64,000 nucleotides of DNA from positions 64,001-128,000 of the forward strand of contig CAVUXN010000004.1 of NCBI GenBank assembly GCA_963745475.1. Reading direction: 5' to 3'. The position numbers and the translations under genes are program-made. Positions 50,533 through 60,090 of this stretch are shown piece by piece. Positions within the stretch are counted from its first letter, which is position 1, and each line of letters starts with the position of its first letter. The notes beneath the pieces are model-generated. The model ran no database searches and was not told where the DNA came from. It was given only the letters and a program-made list of their open reading frames with translations. The DNA comes from an uncultured delta proteobacterium. Lineage in GTDB: Bacteria; Myxococcota; Myxococcia; Myxococcales; Myxococcaceae.

Positions 50533-51882
50533 ATGAGCCGCACCCTCATCGTCGAAGACGAGGACGTCATCCGCACCGAGCTGGCGCGGCTTCTGGCGCG
50601 TTCCGGGCATGAAGTGGCCGAGGCGAGGACGGTGAAAGAGGCTTCCGCGCTCGGGCTAGACGGCTTTGACCTCGTGGTCGCCGACCTCCGGCTCCCAGGC
50701 GGTCTGGGGACGGACTTGGTCGAGCTGTGCGGGGGGACGCCGGTCCTCATCATGACCAGCTTTGCCACGGTGCGGGCGGCGGTCGAGGCCATCCAGAAAG
50801 GCGCCGTGGACTTCATTGCCAAGCCCTTCGACCACGACGAGCTTCTCCTCGTCGTCGACCGCGTGCTTCGCCAGTCGCGTCTACGCCGCCAGAATGCCGT
50901 CCTCCGCCAGGAGCTCGAGCGCACCTACGTCGTCCAGGGCCTGGTGGGCAATTGCCCGCCCATGCGGGAAGTCTTCGACCGGGTGCGCAAGGTGGCCCAC
51001 ACCGACGCCACCGTCCTCATCCTCGGCGAGTCCGGCACCGGCAAGGAGCTCGTTGCCCGCGCGGTGCACGACCAGAGCCCGCGACGCGAGGCCCCCATCG
51101 TCACCGTCAACTGCACGTCCATTCCGGAAACCCTCATCGAGTCCGAGCTCTTTGGCCACGAGAAGGGCGCCTTCACCGGCGCACACAAGACAAAGGCCGG
51201 CCTGGTGGAGGCCGCTGACGGCGGGACGCTGTTTCTAGACGAGATTGGCGAGCTGCCCCTGCCAGCCCAGGCCCGGCTTTTGCGGGTGCTTCAGGAAGGA
51301 GAAGTCCGCCGCGTCGGCGCGACGGGCAACCGGCGCGTCAACGTCCGCCTCATCGCCGCCACCCACCGAGACCTCCGGCAGATGTCCTTCGACGGCCAAT
51401 TCCGCAACGACCTCTACTTCCGACTCCGGGTGGTGGAGATTCACCTTCCGCCGCTGCGCGCGAGGGGGGACGACGTCCTCGAATTGGCGGACTTCCTTTT
51501 GGCCAAGGCTTGCCGGCGGTTGAACCGGCCGCCCATCACATTTTCCCCCGAGGCGCGCAACGCCATTTTCGCGCACGACTGGCCGGGCAATGTCCGCGAG
51601 TTGGAGAACGCCGTCGAGCGCGCCGTCATCCTCAGTGACACTGGGCCCATCACGCCGGACCTCCTGGCCATTGACGGGCCGCACCTCTCCGGGGCGCCGC
51701 ACGAGGACGACTTGGACGGCGGGACGAGTGGCGCTCTCACTGAGTACTTTCGTCGCTTCGTCCTCGAGCACCAGGCGCAACTCTCGGAGACGGAAATCGC
51801 TCGCCGGCTCGGCATCAGCCGAAAGGCACTCTGGGAGAAGCGCGCTCGGCTGGGCATCCCGCGCAACAAGCTTCAGGCGTAA
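50533..51882 (+). CDS. cbrB: Sigma54-dependent response regulator (CbrB-like)
   Basis: REC (VEDE, DLRLPG, KP), GESGTGKE, GAFTGA, C-terminal SETEIARRLGISRK.LWEKR HTH. Confidence 0.88.
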   Translation: MSRTLIVEDEDVIRTELARLLARSGHEVAEARTVKEASALGLDGFDLVVADLRLPGGLGTDLVELCGGTPVLIMTSFATVRAAVEAIQKGAVDFIAKPFDHDELLLVVDRVLRQSRLRRQNAVLRQELERTYVVQGLVGNCPPMREVFDRVRKVAHTDATVLILGESGTGKELVARAVHDQSPRREAPIVTVNCTSIPETLIESELFGHEKGAFTGAHKTKAGLVEAADGGTLFLDEIGELPLPAQARLLRVLQEGEVRRVGATGNRRVNVRLIAATHRDLRQMSFDGQFRNDLYFRLRVVEIHLPPLRARGDDVLELADFLLAKACRRLNRPPITFSPEARNAIFAHDWPGNVRELENAVERAVILSDTGPITPDLLAIDGPHLSGAPHEDDLDGGTSGALTEYFRRFVLEHQAQLSETEIARRLGISRKALWEKRARLGIPRNKLQA

Positions 51883-51911
51883 GAAGCGAGGGAAGGCTTT
51901 GCCGGTCGGTT

Positions 51912-52014
51912 GTTACCTTCGGTAACGGCTGTTCCGGAACGACACGACGTTGGCGCGCGTGCGGACGCTAAGCCATCGCGCCTTCCGGGGCTTGCAGTCT
52001 GGCGTGACGTTTGC
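51912..52014 (+). promoter_or_regulatory. Enhancer palindrome plus sigma54 promoter of the acs-like gene
   Basis: GTTAC-CTTCG-GTAAC (51912-26) and TGGCGTG-ACGT-TTGC (52000-14; GG-N10-GC). Confidence 0.7.
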
Positions 52015-52032
52015 GTCTCCTCTTGCGTTGAT

Positions 52033-53502
52033 GTGAGCCGCCCGTCCTTGCCCACGCCCCACCTGAGCCCCACTGAGCGTTTGGCCCAGTGTCAGCGGTT
52101 GCACACGCAGAGTCTCGCCCAGCCCGAGGACTTCTGGCGGCGGGAGGCAGAAGCCCTGGCTTGGGTCCGAGCGCCCACCGTCGGCTTTGAGGGCGAGCTC
52201 GCCGTCGGTGACGTCAGCTGGTTTGCGAATGGCCTTCTCAATGTCACCACGAGCTGCGTGGACAGACATGCAGCGAGTGCTCCGGATCGCCCGGCGCTGG
52301 TCTGGCTGAGGGCTGAAGGCGACGTGGAGATGCTGTCCTACCGTGCGCTGCGGCAGCAGATGTGCCGCACCGCCAATGTGTTGCTGGCGCAAGGCGTCCG
52401 TCCTCACGACCGGGTGGCGGTGTACCTTCCTCTGGGCGTCCCGTTGGTGGTCGCGCTGCTCGCCTGCGCCCGCATCGGCGCGGTGCACTTGAATGTGCCG
52501 GTGCATGCCGATTCGGACTGGCTTCGGCGTGCGCTTCGGGTGGCTCGGGTGCGAGTCCTCGTCACCGCCAATGAAGCCGAGGTGGCCCACGAACGGATTC
52601 CCCTGTGGGAGCGCGCCGACGCGGCACTCAACGGCCTCGGCCGGGTCGAAGGCGTCCTCGTGCACCGGCGGACCCAGGCACGCGTGCCACTGGCCTATGC
52701 CCGGGACCACGACCTCGACCGTGCCCTCGGCCTCGCGCGGCCCACCTGTGTCCCGACGCTGCTTTCGGGGGAAGAGCCTCTCCTGCTCGCAACGGCGGCC
52801 AATGACGAAGGCCCCCGGCCCGTCGTCCAGTCCGCGGCCGGCTTCGTGCTGCAGGCACTCCTCGGGCAACGGGAGGTGCTCGGCCTCGGCCCGGGGGACC
52901 GCCTCTTGTGCCGCGCGGAGCACATGGAGGGGCGCGTCGATGTCCTGTACGGAGCGCTCGCGCTGGGAGCGACGCTGGTGTTGGACGAGCTCGGAGACGC
53001 CGTTGAGCGCCTCGACGCCCTCGGTGTGACTCACTTCCTTGGGTCCGCCGGCGACACCCTCAAGGCCGCCGCCAACCGCGGGCATCGCCCGCTCCTCGTC
53101 TCCTCGTCCGGGGGAGCAAAGGCAGACGTGGAAGTGGTGTGGAGTAGTGAGGGTGGAGGAATGCTCGTCGCCCGTTGGCCGGACATCGGTTCAACACCGC
53201 TCTTTGGGGTGGACCCCGTCCTGCTTGACGCCCGAGGTAAACCGCCGTCGCCCCTCGAGGAAGCCGAGTTGTGGACGCGGAGCTCCTGGCCGGCGCAGCC
53301 ACGGACGATGGAGGGCGACCACGCGCGCTTCGTAGACCAGAGGCTCCGCCGTGTGCCTGGACTGTACCGCACCGGGGAGCGCTGTCGGCACCTGAAGGAC
53401 GGGTCGCTGGTTTGGTTGGGGCGGACCGTTGAGCCCGCGCTCGTCGGGCTCGCTGCGCCTGATGAAGTCCCTCTCCAGTCCGGCCCTTTGGGGTTGGCCT
53501 AG
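52033..53502 (+). CDS. Degenerate acetyl-CoA synthetase-like protein (start uncertain)
   Basis: Acs N-terminal motifs (PEDFW, WF.NG.LNV..CVDRH, LACARIGAVH) are present; ATP-binding motifs are altered and the C-terminal domain is absent. Confidence 0.75.
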   Translation: MSRPSLPTPHLSPTERLAQCQRLHTQSLAQPEDFWRREAEALAWVRAPTVGFEGELAVGDVSWFANGLLNVTTSCVDRHAASAPDRPALVWLRAEGDVEMLSYRALRQQMCRTANVLLAQGVRPHDRVAVYLPLGVPLVVALLACARIGAVHLNVPVHADSDWLRRALRVARVRVLVTANEAEVAHERIPLWERADAALNGLGRVEGVLVHRRTQARVPLAYARDHDLDRALGLARPTCVPTLLSGEEPLLLATAANDEGPRPVVQSAAGFVLQALLGQREVLGLGPGDRLLCRAEHMEGRVDVLYGALALGATLVLDELGDAVERLDALGVTHFLGSAGDTLKAAANRGHRPLLVSSSGGAKADVEVVWSSEGGGMLVARWPDIGSTPLFGVDPVLLDARGKPPSPLEEAELWTRSSWPAQPRTMEGDHARFVDQRLRRVPGLYRTGERCRHLKDGSLVWLGRTVEPALVGLAAPDEVPLQSGPLGLA

Positions 53503-53510
53503 GCCTTCGC

Positions 53511-53614
53511 GTTACGTTTCGTAGCAGGTAGTGTTACCGCCCGCCGCATGCTGCAGCGCGTAGGTCGCGCAAGCTGCGAGGACTCCTCGTCATTCTCGTT
53601 GGCGTGGGAGTTGC
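53511..53614 (+). promoter_or_regulatory. Enhancer palindrome plus sigma54 promoter of the MFS gene
   Basis: GTTAC-GTTTC-GTAGC (53511-25), extra TGTTAC (53532-37), TGGCGTG-GGAG-TTGC (53600-14). Confidence 0.7.
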
Positions 53615-53661
53615 CCCCTGATGAAGGAGGCTTTCCCACCGAACGCTCAGGAGGTTTCACT

Positions 53662-55269
53662 GTGGCTACACCTGCCAGCGCTTTTGCCGCGCCGCTTGAG
53701 GTCCCTGAAGAACGACGCGTCATTTTTGCGTCTTCTCTCGGTACCGTATTCGAGTGGTACGACTTCTACATTTACGCGATTCTGACGCCCTTCCTGGCGC
53801 CTGTGTTTTTCCCGTCGGTCAACCCCACGGCAGCGGTGTTGGGAGCCTTCGGGGCCTACGCCGCTGGCTTTTTGGTGCGACCTTTCGGCGCGCTCGTCTT
53901 CGGCCGAGTCGGCGACATCATCGGCCGCAAATACACCTTCTTGGTCACCATCATCATCATGGGCCTCTCCACCGCTTTGGTTGGGCTTTTGCCGACCTAC
54001 GCCCAGGTGGGGATGTTAGCCCCGGGGTTGCTCATCATCCTGCGACTGGCCCAGGGCCTGGCACTCGGTGGCGAGTACGGCGGAGCGGCAACCTATGTGG
54101 CCGAGCACTCTCCGGACTCAAAGCGCGGCTACAACACGAGTTTCATCCAAACCACGGCCACCTTGGGCCTACTGCTCGCGTTGGTGGTCATTTACGCCTG
54201 CCGAAAAGGAATCTCGGCCGACGAGTTCAAGTCCATCGGTTGGCGCATCCCCTTCCTCTGCTCCATCGTCTTGTTGGTCATCTCGGTCTACATCCGGCTT
54301 CGCCTGCAGGAATCGCCGGTTTTCATGAAGATGAAGTCCGAAGGAAAGGGCTCGAAAGCGCCTCTCAGCGAGAGCTTCGCGCGGTGGGGGAATGCGAAAA
54401 TCGTCCTTCTCGCGCTTTTCGGAGCGACCGCGGGCCAAGGGGTCGTCTGGTACACCGGACAGTTCTACGCGCTCTTCTTCCTCGGCGCGACGCTGAAGGT
54501 CGAGTGGAGCACGGTGTACTTCCTCATTGCGCTCTCGCTCATCATCGCCACCCCCTTCTTTCTCGTCTTTGGGTGGCTCTCGGACCGAATCGGTAGGAAA
54601 TGGATCATGATGGCGGGCTGCTTCCTCGCCGTCTTCACCTACATACCCATCTTTCATGGGCTGACCCACTATGCCAATCCGGCGCTCGAGCGCTTCAACG
54701 AACGGACGACCATTACCCTCACCGCAAGCGACTGTCAGATACACCTCTTGCCGCTGCCAAACACCGTCTACAGCCCTTGCGACAAGGTGCGGAGCCAGCT
54801 GACGAGTCGAAGCCTGACCTACACCAACATCGAAGGCACGCCGGGTGCCGCTCCGATTCTTAAAATTAACGACCAGGAGATTGTGGGCGTGGACGAGGCG
54901 AAGCTGAAAACCATTCTCGCTGGTCTCCAATACCCGACGTCGGCCAACGCCGCCGAGATTAACTTCGGGATGGTCTTGCTCCTCCTCGTCATCCTCGTCA
55001 TCTACGTCACCATGGTCTATGGCCCCATCGCGGCATTCTTGGTGGAGCTGTTCCCCACGCGCATCCGCTACACGTCGATGTCCTTGCCGTACCACATCGG
55101 CAACGGCTGGTTTGGAGGCATGCTCCCACTCACCGCGACGGCGTTGGTCGCCGCTAAGGGCCACATCTACTATGGCCTTTGGTACCCAATCATCGTCGCC
55201 GCAATGACGTTCGTCATCGGGTCACTCTTCATTAAAGAGACGAAGGACCACAAGATTTCCACTGTCTAA
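53662..55269 (+). CDS. MFS transporter, metabolite:H+ symporter (MHS) family
   Basis: SSLGTVFEWYDF, RPFGALVFG..GD..GRK, QGLALGGEYGGA, ELFPTRIRY; GGAGGT RBS. Confidence 0.92.
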   Translation: MATPASAFAAPLEVPEERRVIFASSLGTVFEWYDFYIYAILTPFLAPVFFPSVNPTAAVLGAFGAYAAGFLVRPFGALVFGRVGDIIGRKYTFLVTIIIMGLSTALVGLLPTYAQVGMLAPGLLIILRLAQGLALGGEYGGAATYVAEHSPDSKRGYNTSFIQTTATLGLLLALVVIYACRKGISADEFKSIGWRIPFLCSIVLLVISVYIRLRLQESPVFMKMKSEGKGSKAPLSESFARWGNAKIVLLALFGATAGQGVVWYTGQFYALFFLGATLKVEWSTVYFLIALSLIIATPFFLVFGWLSDRIGRKWIMMAGCFLAVFTYIPIFHGLTHYANPALERFNERTTITLTASDCQIHLLPLPNTVYSPCDKVRSQLTSRSLTYTNIEGTPGAAPILKINDQEIVGVDEAKLKTILAGLQYPTSANAAEINFGMVLLLLVILVIYVTMVYGPIAAFLVELFPTRIRYTSMSLPYHIGNGWFGGMLPLTATALVAAKGHIYYGLWYPIIVAAMTFVIGSLFIKETKDHKISTV

Positions 55270-55417
55270 AGGCTCCGCGGCCAAGGCGGCCGCTGGGCTG
55301 GAGCGTTTTCGAGGGGCTCGTCCGTTTTGGCGAGCCCTTCGTGCTTTTGGGGACAACGCTCGGAAGCTGCGGCTGTACGGGCCTTTGGCAAATGGAGGGC
55401 AGTCTCGCAAGTTTCTC

Positions 55418-56380
55418 ATGGTCAAGGCGCTCATTACGGTTCTCGCAGTTCTGTGCCTCTTGCCAAGCCTCCCGGTGGTTGGCTGGCACGCCGTGCCGAC
55501 CTGGAGTTCGCTGCTCGCCGGCGTTGCGGTGACGCTCCTCTTTGGAAACCCCTGGGCGTCGAGGACGAAGGGACTCACGCCGCAGCTTTTGTCGACGTCC
55601 GTCATGGGCCTTGGAGCGGCGATGAACCTGCGGACGGTGGCGCTGGTGGGCCTTCAGGGCTTGGGCTACACGCTGGTGGGGATTTCGGCCACGCTGGGCG
55701 TGGGGGCGCTCCTCGGCGGGTTTCTCCGTGTCCGTCGTGCGACTGGGACGCTGGTCAGCGTCGGAACGGCCATCTGCGGCGGGAGCGCCATCGCCGCCGC
55801 GGCACCGGTAATTGGCGCCGACGCGGAGGAGACAAGCGCGGCGCTGGGGATTGTTTTCCTCCTCAACGCAACCGCCCTCCTCCTCTTCCCGGCCATTGGC
55901 CACCATTTTTCCCTCACCCAGCACGCTTTCGGGCTGTGGGCCGCACTTGCCATCCACGACACCTCTAGCGTCGTCGGCGCCGCCGCGACGTATGGGCCGG
56001 ACGCTCTGGTGGTGGCCACCACCACCAAGCTCGTCCGCGCCCTGTGGATTGTGCCGGTGACGCTGGCACTCGGGGCGTGGGTGGCGCGCCCGGCGGTCGA
56101 GTCGACGGAAAAGCCTAAGGCCAAGCGGCCCTGGTTCATCCTCGGCTTTCTGGCCGCAGCGGCGCTCGTCAGCTTCGTCCCAGCGCTCCAGCCTGCCGGC
56201 AAGTTTGTCGCTGCGCTCGCCCAGCGTTTGCTCGTCCTCACCCTCTTTTTGCTTGGACTCGGGCTGTCGCGCACCGCGCTGGCCCGCGTGGGCGCTCGCC
56301 CTTTCCTCATGGGCGTCGTCCTCTGGGTGCTCGTGGCGAGCGGGACGCTGGCCGCGCTCCTCCTCGGGTGGATTCGCTGA
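55418..56380 (+). CDS. YeiH/PSE family membrane protein (putative sulfate exporter)
   Basis: GTAICGGSAIAA, AIHDTSSVV, TKLVR, PWFI. Confidence 0.88.
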   Translation: MVKALITVLAVLCLLPSLPVVGWHAVPTWSSLLAGVAVTLLFGNPWASRTKGLTPQLLSTSVMGLGAAMNLRTVALVGLQGLGYTLVGISATLGVGALLGGFLRVRRATGTLVSVGTAICGGSAIAAAAPVIGADAEETSAALGIVFLLNATALLLFPAIGHHFSLTQHAFGLWAALAIHDTSSVVGAAATYGPDALVVATTTKLVRALWIVPVTLALGAWVARPAVESTEKPKAKRPWFILGFLAAAALVSFVPALQPAGKFVAALAQRLLVLTLFLLGLGLSRTALARVGARPFLMGVVLWVLVASGTLAALLLGWIR

Positions 56381-56478
56381 CGCGGGGCGCGTCTCTTCAG
56401 GCGTCTTGTTTTCACAGACTGCAGGACGCGTCCGTTTGGTCCGGCCCAGCGTCCTGCTGCTAAGCTGCCGCTTGAAGC

Positions 56479-58239
56479 GTGATGGTCCTCGACTCGGGCG
56501 AAGACGAGTACACAAGGAAGCGCTTCGCGTTCCACGCGGCTCCGGTGGTGCTCGCCGCCTTGCTGGCGCTGGCCGCATTTTTCTGGCTTTCGCTGGCGCT
56601 CGCGCAAGTGCCGAACCGGCAAGCCTTCAACTGGGATTCGGCCCGCCGCGCCATGCTCGACGTCGGGGCGGCGGACACGCTGCGTGCCTGGAACGCCTGG
56701 GGCTTCCTGGGCTTTGTCGCGGGTCCAGAGACGTGGCCCACATTTCGCCTTCTCCTCGCGGCCCCGTTGCACGTTCTCGGTGGGCCGGCGAATGCACTCG
56801 CCGTCGAGACCGGGCTTTCCCTCGCCTTCACCGCCTGCCTCTTCCTCTTCCTGGGCTTTGCCTCCCGGCGAATGGCTCCGCGAGCGCTGCAGCCGCTGCT
56901 CGTCCTCGGCATCTCTTCGGCAGCGTTGATGGGAGCGCGCGCACTCTACGTCCATGCCGCCAACGGGATGCTCGAAGTCCCGTCCGCTCTCCTGACGCTG
57001 GGCGCCACCACCGCCTGGCTGGCGGCCAGGGAGGAGCGCCTGAAGCGGCCGTGGGGGCTGGCCCTGTTGGGAAACCTGCTGTTTCACGTGCGGTGGCAGC
57101 ACGGCCTTATTTTTGCCGCCGCCGTTCTTCTGACTGAAGTCGGGGGCCAGCACGCCGTAGGCTGCGCGCGGAGTGTTTCCCTGGCGTTGCTGCGAGGCGC
57201 ACGCAGCCGGACGGGGATGGCGCTTCTCGGTGTGGCGGCGTTCCTCGGGGTCCTCTGCCTCTGGGTTCAGGCAACGGGCGGCGGCACGGTGCTTGACGGC
57301 CGGCTCAGCGTGCGGAGCGTGGATGGGCCGCTGGCCATGGCCTGCCTTTCGTTGTTTGGCTATTGCGAGCTCGCGCTGTGGCGAGGGCGCTTCGAGCTGG
57401 CGCAGCTGCCACAGCGCGTGAGGTTCCTCTGGGCGTGGCTGTTGAGCCCCATGATGCTGTGGCTGCTCATCCCCTTCACTTGGCGTCTGCGGACGCTGGG
57501 CCGAATCAGCGCCTATGACATGCGGCCGCCGCCCGAGGGCGTCGTGGCGCGGCTCCGCTTTTACCCGCAGGCCGCCTGGGAGAGCTGGTTTCCTACCAGC
57601 ACGCGCTGGCTCCTCGCACTCCTGCTGGTGGCGACGCTCGTCGCGGCCTGGCGCTCGAGGGAGGTGCGTCAAAGGCTACTTCCCATCGGCGCGGTGTGCG
57701 GACTGGAGCTTCTGGCGTTGCTGTTGCTCAGCCGGCGCAACTACCAGGAGCGCTTTCTTCTCAACCTCCTTCCTCTCGTCGCACTCAGCGCGGCGGCGTG
57801 GGTGCCGGCGGTCCACCCTGGCGCGCTTCGGGGTGCACTGGCGTGCAGCGCCACACTTCTCCTCGCGCTCGCCGTCGGCCCCTCTTGGTCCAGGCCAGCG
57901 CTGGCCACAACGCTCTCCGAGGGCTTCGTGGACGCTGAGACTGGAGACGCCTGCCGGGCGCTGGCGCAAGCGCTTCCCATCAACAGCGGCGTGCTTCTCA
58001 ACGAGACGTCGCTCAGCCGGCGGCAAGCCTGTGCGATGTGGGTGACGTTTGTGGCACGCGAGCGGGGAGCGGACGTCGACGTCCGCGCGGTGCGGCCGCG
58101 CGCCCAGTGGAAGGAGGCGCTCTTGCTGACGGAGCGCTGCGAGGCGCTCCAGGCGCCGGAGGGCCTTCTCGCAGAGGGGCCCCCGGTGTGGGCGGGCCCC
58201 CTGTGCGGTCAGCGCTTTCGCCTGAAGGAGAGGCCCTGA
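56479..58239 (+). CDS. Large polytopic membrane protein (possibly GT-C fold)
   Basis: 586-aa ORF with many TM segments and a soluble C-terminal region containing several Cys. Confidence 0.6.
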   Translation: MMVLDSGEDEYTRKRFAFHAAPVVLAALLALAAFFWLSLALAQVPNRQAFNWDSARRAMLDVGAADTLRAWNAWGFLGFVAGPETWPTFRLLLAAPLHVLGGPANALAVETGLSLAFTACLFLFLGFASRRMAPRALQPLLVLGISSAALMGARALYVHAANGMLEVPSALLTLGATTAWLAAREERLKRPWGLALLGNLLFHVRWQHGLIFAAAVLLTEVGGQHAVGCARSVSLALLRGARSRTGMALLGVAAFLGVLCLWVQATGGGTVLDGRLSVRSVDGPLAMACLSLFGYCELALWRGRFELAQLPQRVRFLWAWLLSPMMLWLLIPFTWRLRTLGRISAYDMRPPPEGVVARLRFYPQAAWESWFPTSTRWLLALLLVATLVAAWRSREVRQRLLPIGAVCGLELLALLLLSRRNYQERFLLNLLPLVALSAAAWVPAVHPGALRGALACSATLLLALAVGPSWSRPALATTLSEGFVDAETGDACRALAQALPINSGVLLNETSLSRRQACAMWVTFVARERGADVDVRAVRPRAQWKEALLLTERCEALQAPEGLLAEGPPVWAGPLCGQRFRLKERP

Positions 58240-58260
58240 GCGGGGACGGGCCCCCGCGCG

Positions 58261-58785
58261 TCAGGAGACGTCGAGGACGCGGAGGCTGTCCAACTGCCGA
58301 ATGGACCGCGCCGGCTCACCGTCCGTGAGGACCACCAAGCGCAAGGGGCCCACCTCCGGGCCCAGCGGCTTTCCGTCCACCTGCCAGACGACGAACGCAG
58401 CCGTAGTCCCCATCCCTTCCATCACCTCGGCGCAGCTGAAGACGGCCTGGAAACCGTCCCGCGCGGTGGCCACCAGGACTTCTCGGTAGCCCTTCACCTT
58501 GTCCTTGACTGGGACGTCCTTGCCCATAGGCCCAGGGGTAAAGCCCGCGTGCAGCAGGACTTTATCCAGCCGGACGCCGGTGACTCGGTGGGTTTGCCCG
58601 TGGCTCATCCAGCCAACGGTGGTCGACCCGAGCTTCTCCAGCTCTACCTGGCTCAGCGTCCCCGGCTGCGGCAGGGCGCCTTCGACGCGAAGCGTGGACG
58701 CCGGCGCCGCGGCCCAGGCCAACGCCGGAGAGAAGGTCAGGAGGACGCCCAACGAAAGCCGTGCCCCCCGGTGCTTATTTTGCAA
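58261..58785 (-). CDS. Exported molybdopterin-oxidoreductase-fold-like protein
   Basis: Signal peptide; LRVEG, TGVRL..VL, A.DGF, DGKPL..GPLRLVV pattern. Confidence 0.7.
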   Translation of the reverse strand: MQNKHRGARLSLGVLLTFSPALAWAAAPASTLRVEGALPQPGTLSQVELEKLGSTTVGWMSHGQTHRVTGVRLDKVLLHAGFTPGPMGKDVPVKDKVKGYREVLVATARDGFQAVFSCAEVMEGMGTTAAFVVWQVDGKPLGPEVGPLRLVVLTDGEPARSIRQLDSLRVLDVS

Positions 58786-58978
58786 CGAGAACCTCGCTCG
58801 CTTTGATGACCACCGTTACTGCGTCCCCGGTTTTGAGGCCCAGCTTTTCAGCCGACCCGCGGGTGATGGTGGAAACGAGCTCGTGGCCGCCGATGTCCAC
58901 CGTCACTTCGGCCATCAGCCCGTCGGTCTTGACCGACTTCACTTTGCCTTTGAGTTGGTTGCGCGCGCTGAGTTGCAT
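58775..58978 (-). CDS. Molbindin (Mop/TOBE) molybdate-binding protein
   Basis: SARNQLKGKV, STIT..S..LGL..G, IKASEV. Confidence 0.92.
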   Translation of the reverse strand: MQLSARNQLKGKVKSVKTDGLMAEVTVDIGGHELVSTITRGSAEKLGLKTGDAVTVVIKASEVLVAK

Positions 58979-59045
58979 CTTCGACCTCCTAGGTTTGGGT
59001 TTGTGGCCGCCACCCACTTGAGCCTCGCTGTAACAACCCGCGCCG

Positions 59046-60026
59046 CTAGAAATTCAAGATGTAGTTGAGTCGGTAGACCACCGAGTAAGAGGGATTGGTC
59101 GTCAGAGGAAAGTCGATGCCGAAGGTGACTGAGTTCTTCGGGAGAAACCAAAACCGGATTCCTGGGGTGATGCTGATGGTCGTTCCCGAAGCGGAGCCGT
59201 CGAGGTTGGTCACGCCAGCAAACTCTAGAAACGTCGTGAAGTTTCCGAGGACCGGCGTCTTCATCGGCGTCCAGGACTTGGCGAAGGACAGGACGTAGCT
59301 GATGTCGTTCAGCGTCGCGGTTGCTTTATGCGGCCCGAGGAGGTTCTCATACTGGAAGGAGTAGTAGAGGCCGAACTGCGTCAGCGCAGGAATCCACGCG
59401 GTGACGTCTTGCCATCCGGCGAGGACATACTGCATCGAGGTCGTCGTTTGGCCGATTCCTTTGTTGGGGGCAGAGACGCGGTACTGGAAGGCATAGGAGG
59501 CGGTCCGGGTATCAACCAGTTGAAAACGAAGCACGCCGGCCATCCCGGCGCCATTGGCGGTCGGGTACCCGGAGGGCGGCACATTCCATTGGTAGTTGCC
59601 GATGACCTCGACCATCAGGCGACGGTCGAGGCCATAGGCGATGAGGCTATTGAGCAGTTGGGAGTCAAGGACTTTGGGGTTGTTGTTGACGGCGGTGAAG
59701 ACGTAGTCGAGCCGGAACTCGCGTTCGAGAAAGTTGGTGGTGACCCGAAGCAGTGACATGTCCGGCGTTTCGCGGTGGCGGTGCGCCCAGGCTTGGTCCC
59801 ACCCTTCCGTGAAAAAGTTGAGAATCGTCAGGTCCGAAAGCTGGCGACGCTCCTCGCAGCTGTCGTGACATTCCGCGTAGGCCTCAGCATTGAGCGCCGC
59901 TGGAGGAGCCGAGGCGTGCCCGTCCGCAACCGCGGGCGGCGGAGATTCCTGGGCTGCAGCTGCAAAGGCCAGCAGCAACCACGAGCTAGCCAATGAACGA
60001 AACAGCGTTTCGTGCGCAGATGGCAT
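59046..60026 (-). CDS. Putative outer-membrane beta-barrel protein
   Basis: Signal peptide, alternating hydrophobic strands, C-terminal YRLNYILNF. Confidence 0.65.
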   Translation of the reverse strand: MPSAHETLFRSLASSWLLLAFAAAAQESPPPAVADGHASAPPAALNAEAYAECHDSCEERRQLSDLTILNFFTEGWDQAWAHRHRETPDMSLLRVTTNFLEREFRLDYVFTAVNNNPKVLDSQLLNSLIAYGLDRRLMVEVIGNYQWNVPPSGYPTANGAGMAGVLRFQLVDTRTASYAFQYRVSAPNKGIGQTTTSMQYVLAGWQDVTAWIPALTQFGLYYSFQYENLLGPHKATATLNDISYVLSFAKSWTPMKTPVLGNFTTFLEFAGVTNLDGSASGTTISITPGIRFWFLPKNSVTFGIDFPLTTNPSYSVVYRLNYILNF

Positions 60027-60090
60027 CCTCCCTCCCGGAGAAACGAAATTCGCAGGCTCAGTTCCGAGACCTGCCTGGGTCCTTTGATGA

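Noticed and set aside
51883..52032. crcZ-like sRNA downstream of cbrB
   Set aside because: The interval is short, lacks AANAANAA repeats and a terminator, and is occupied by an enhancer and sigma54 promoter.
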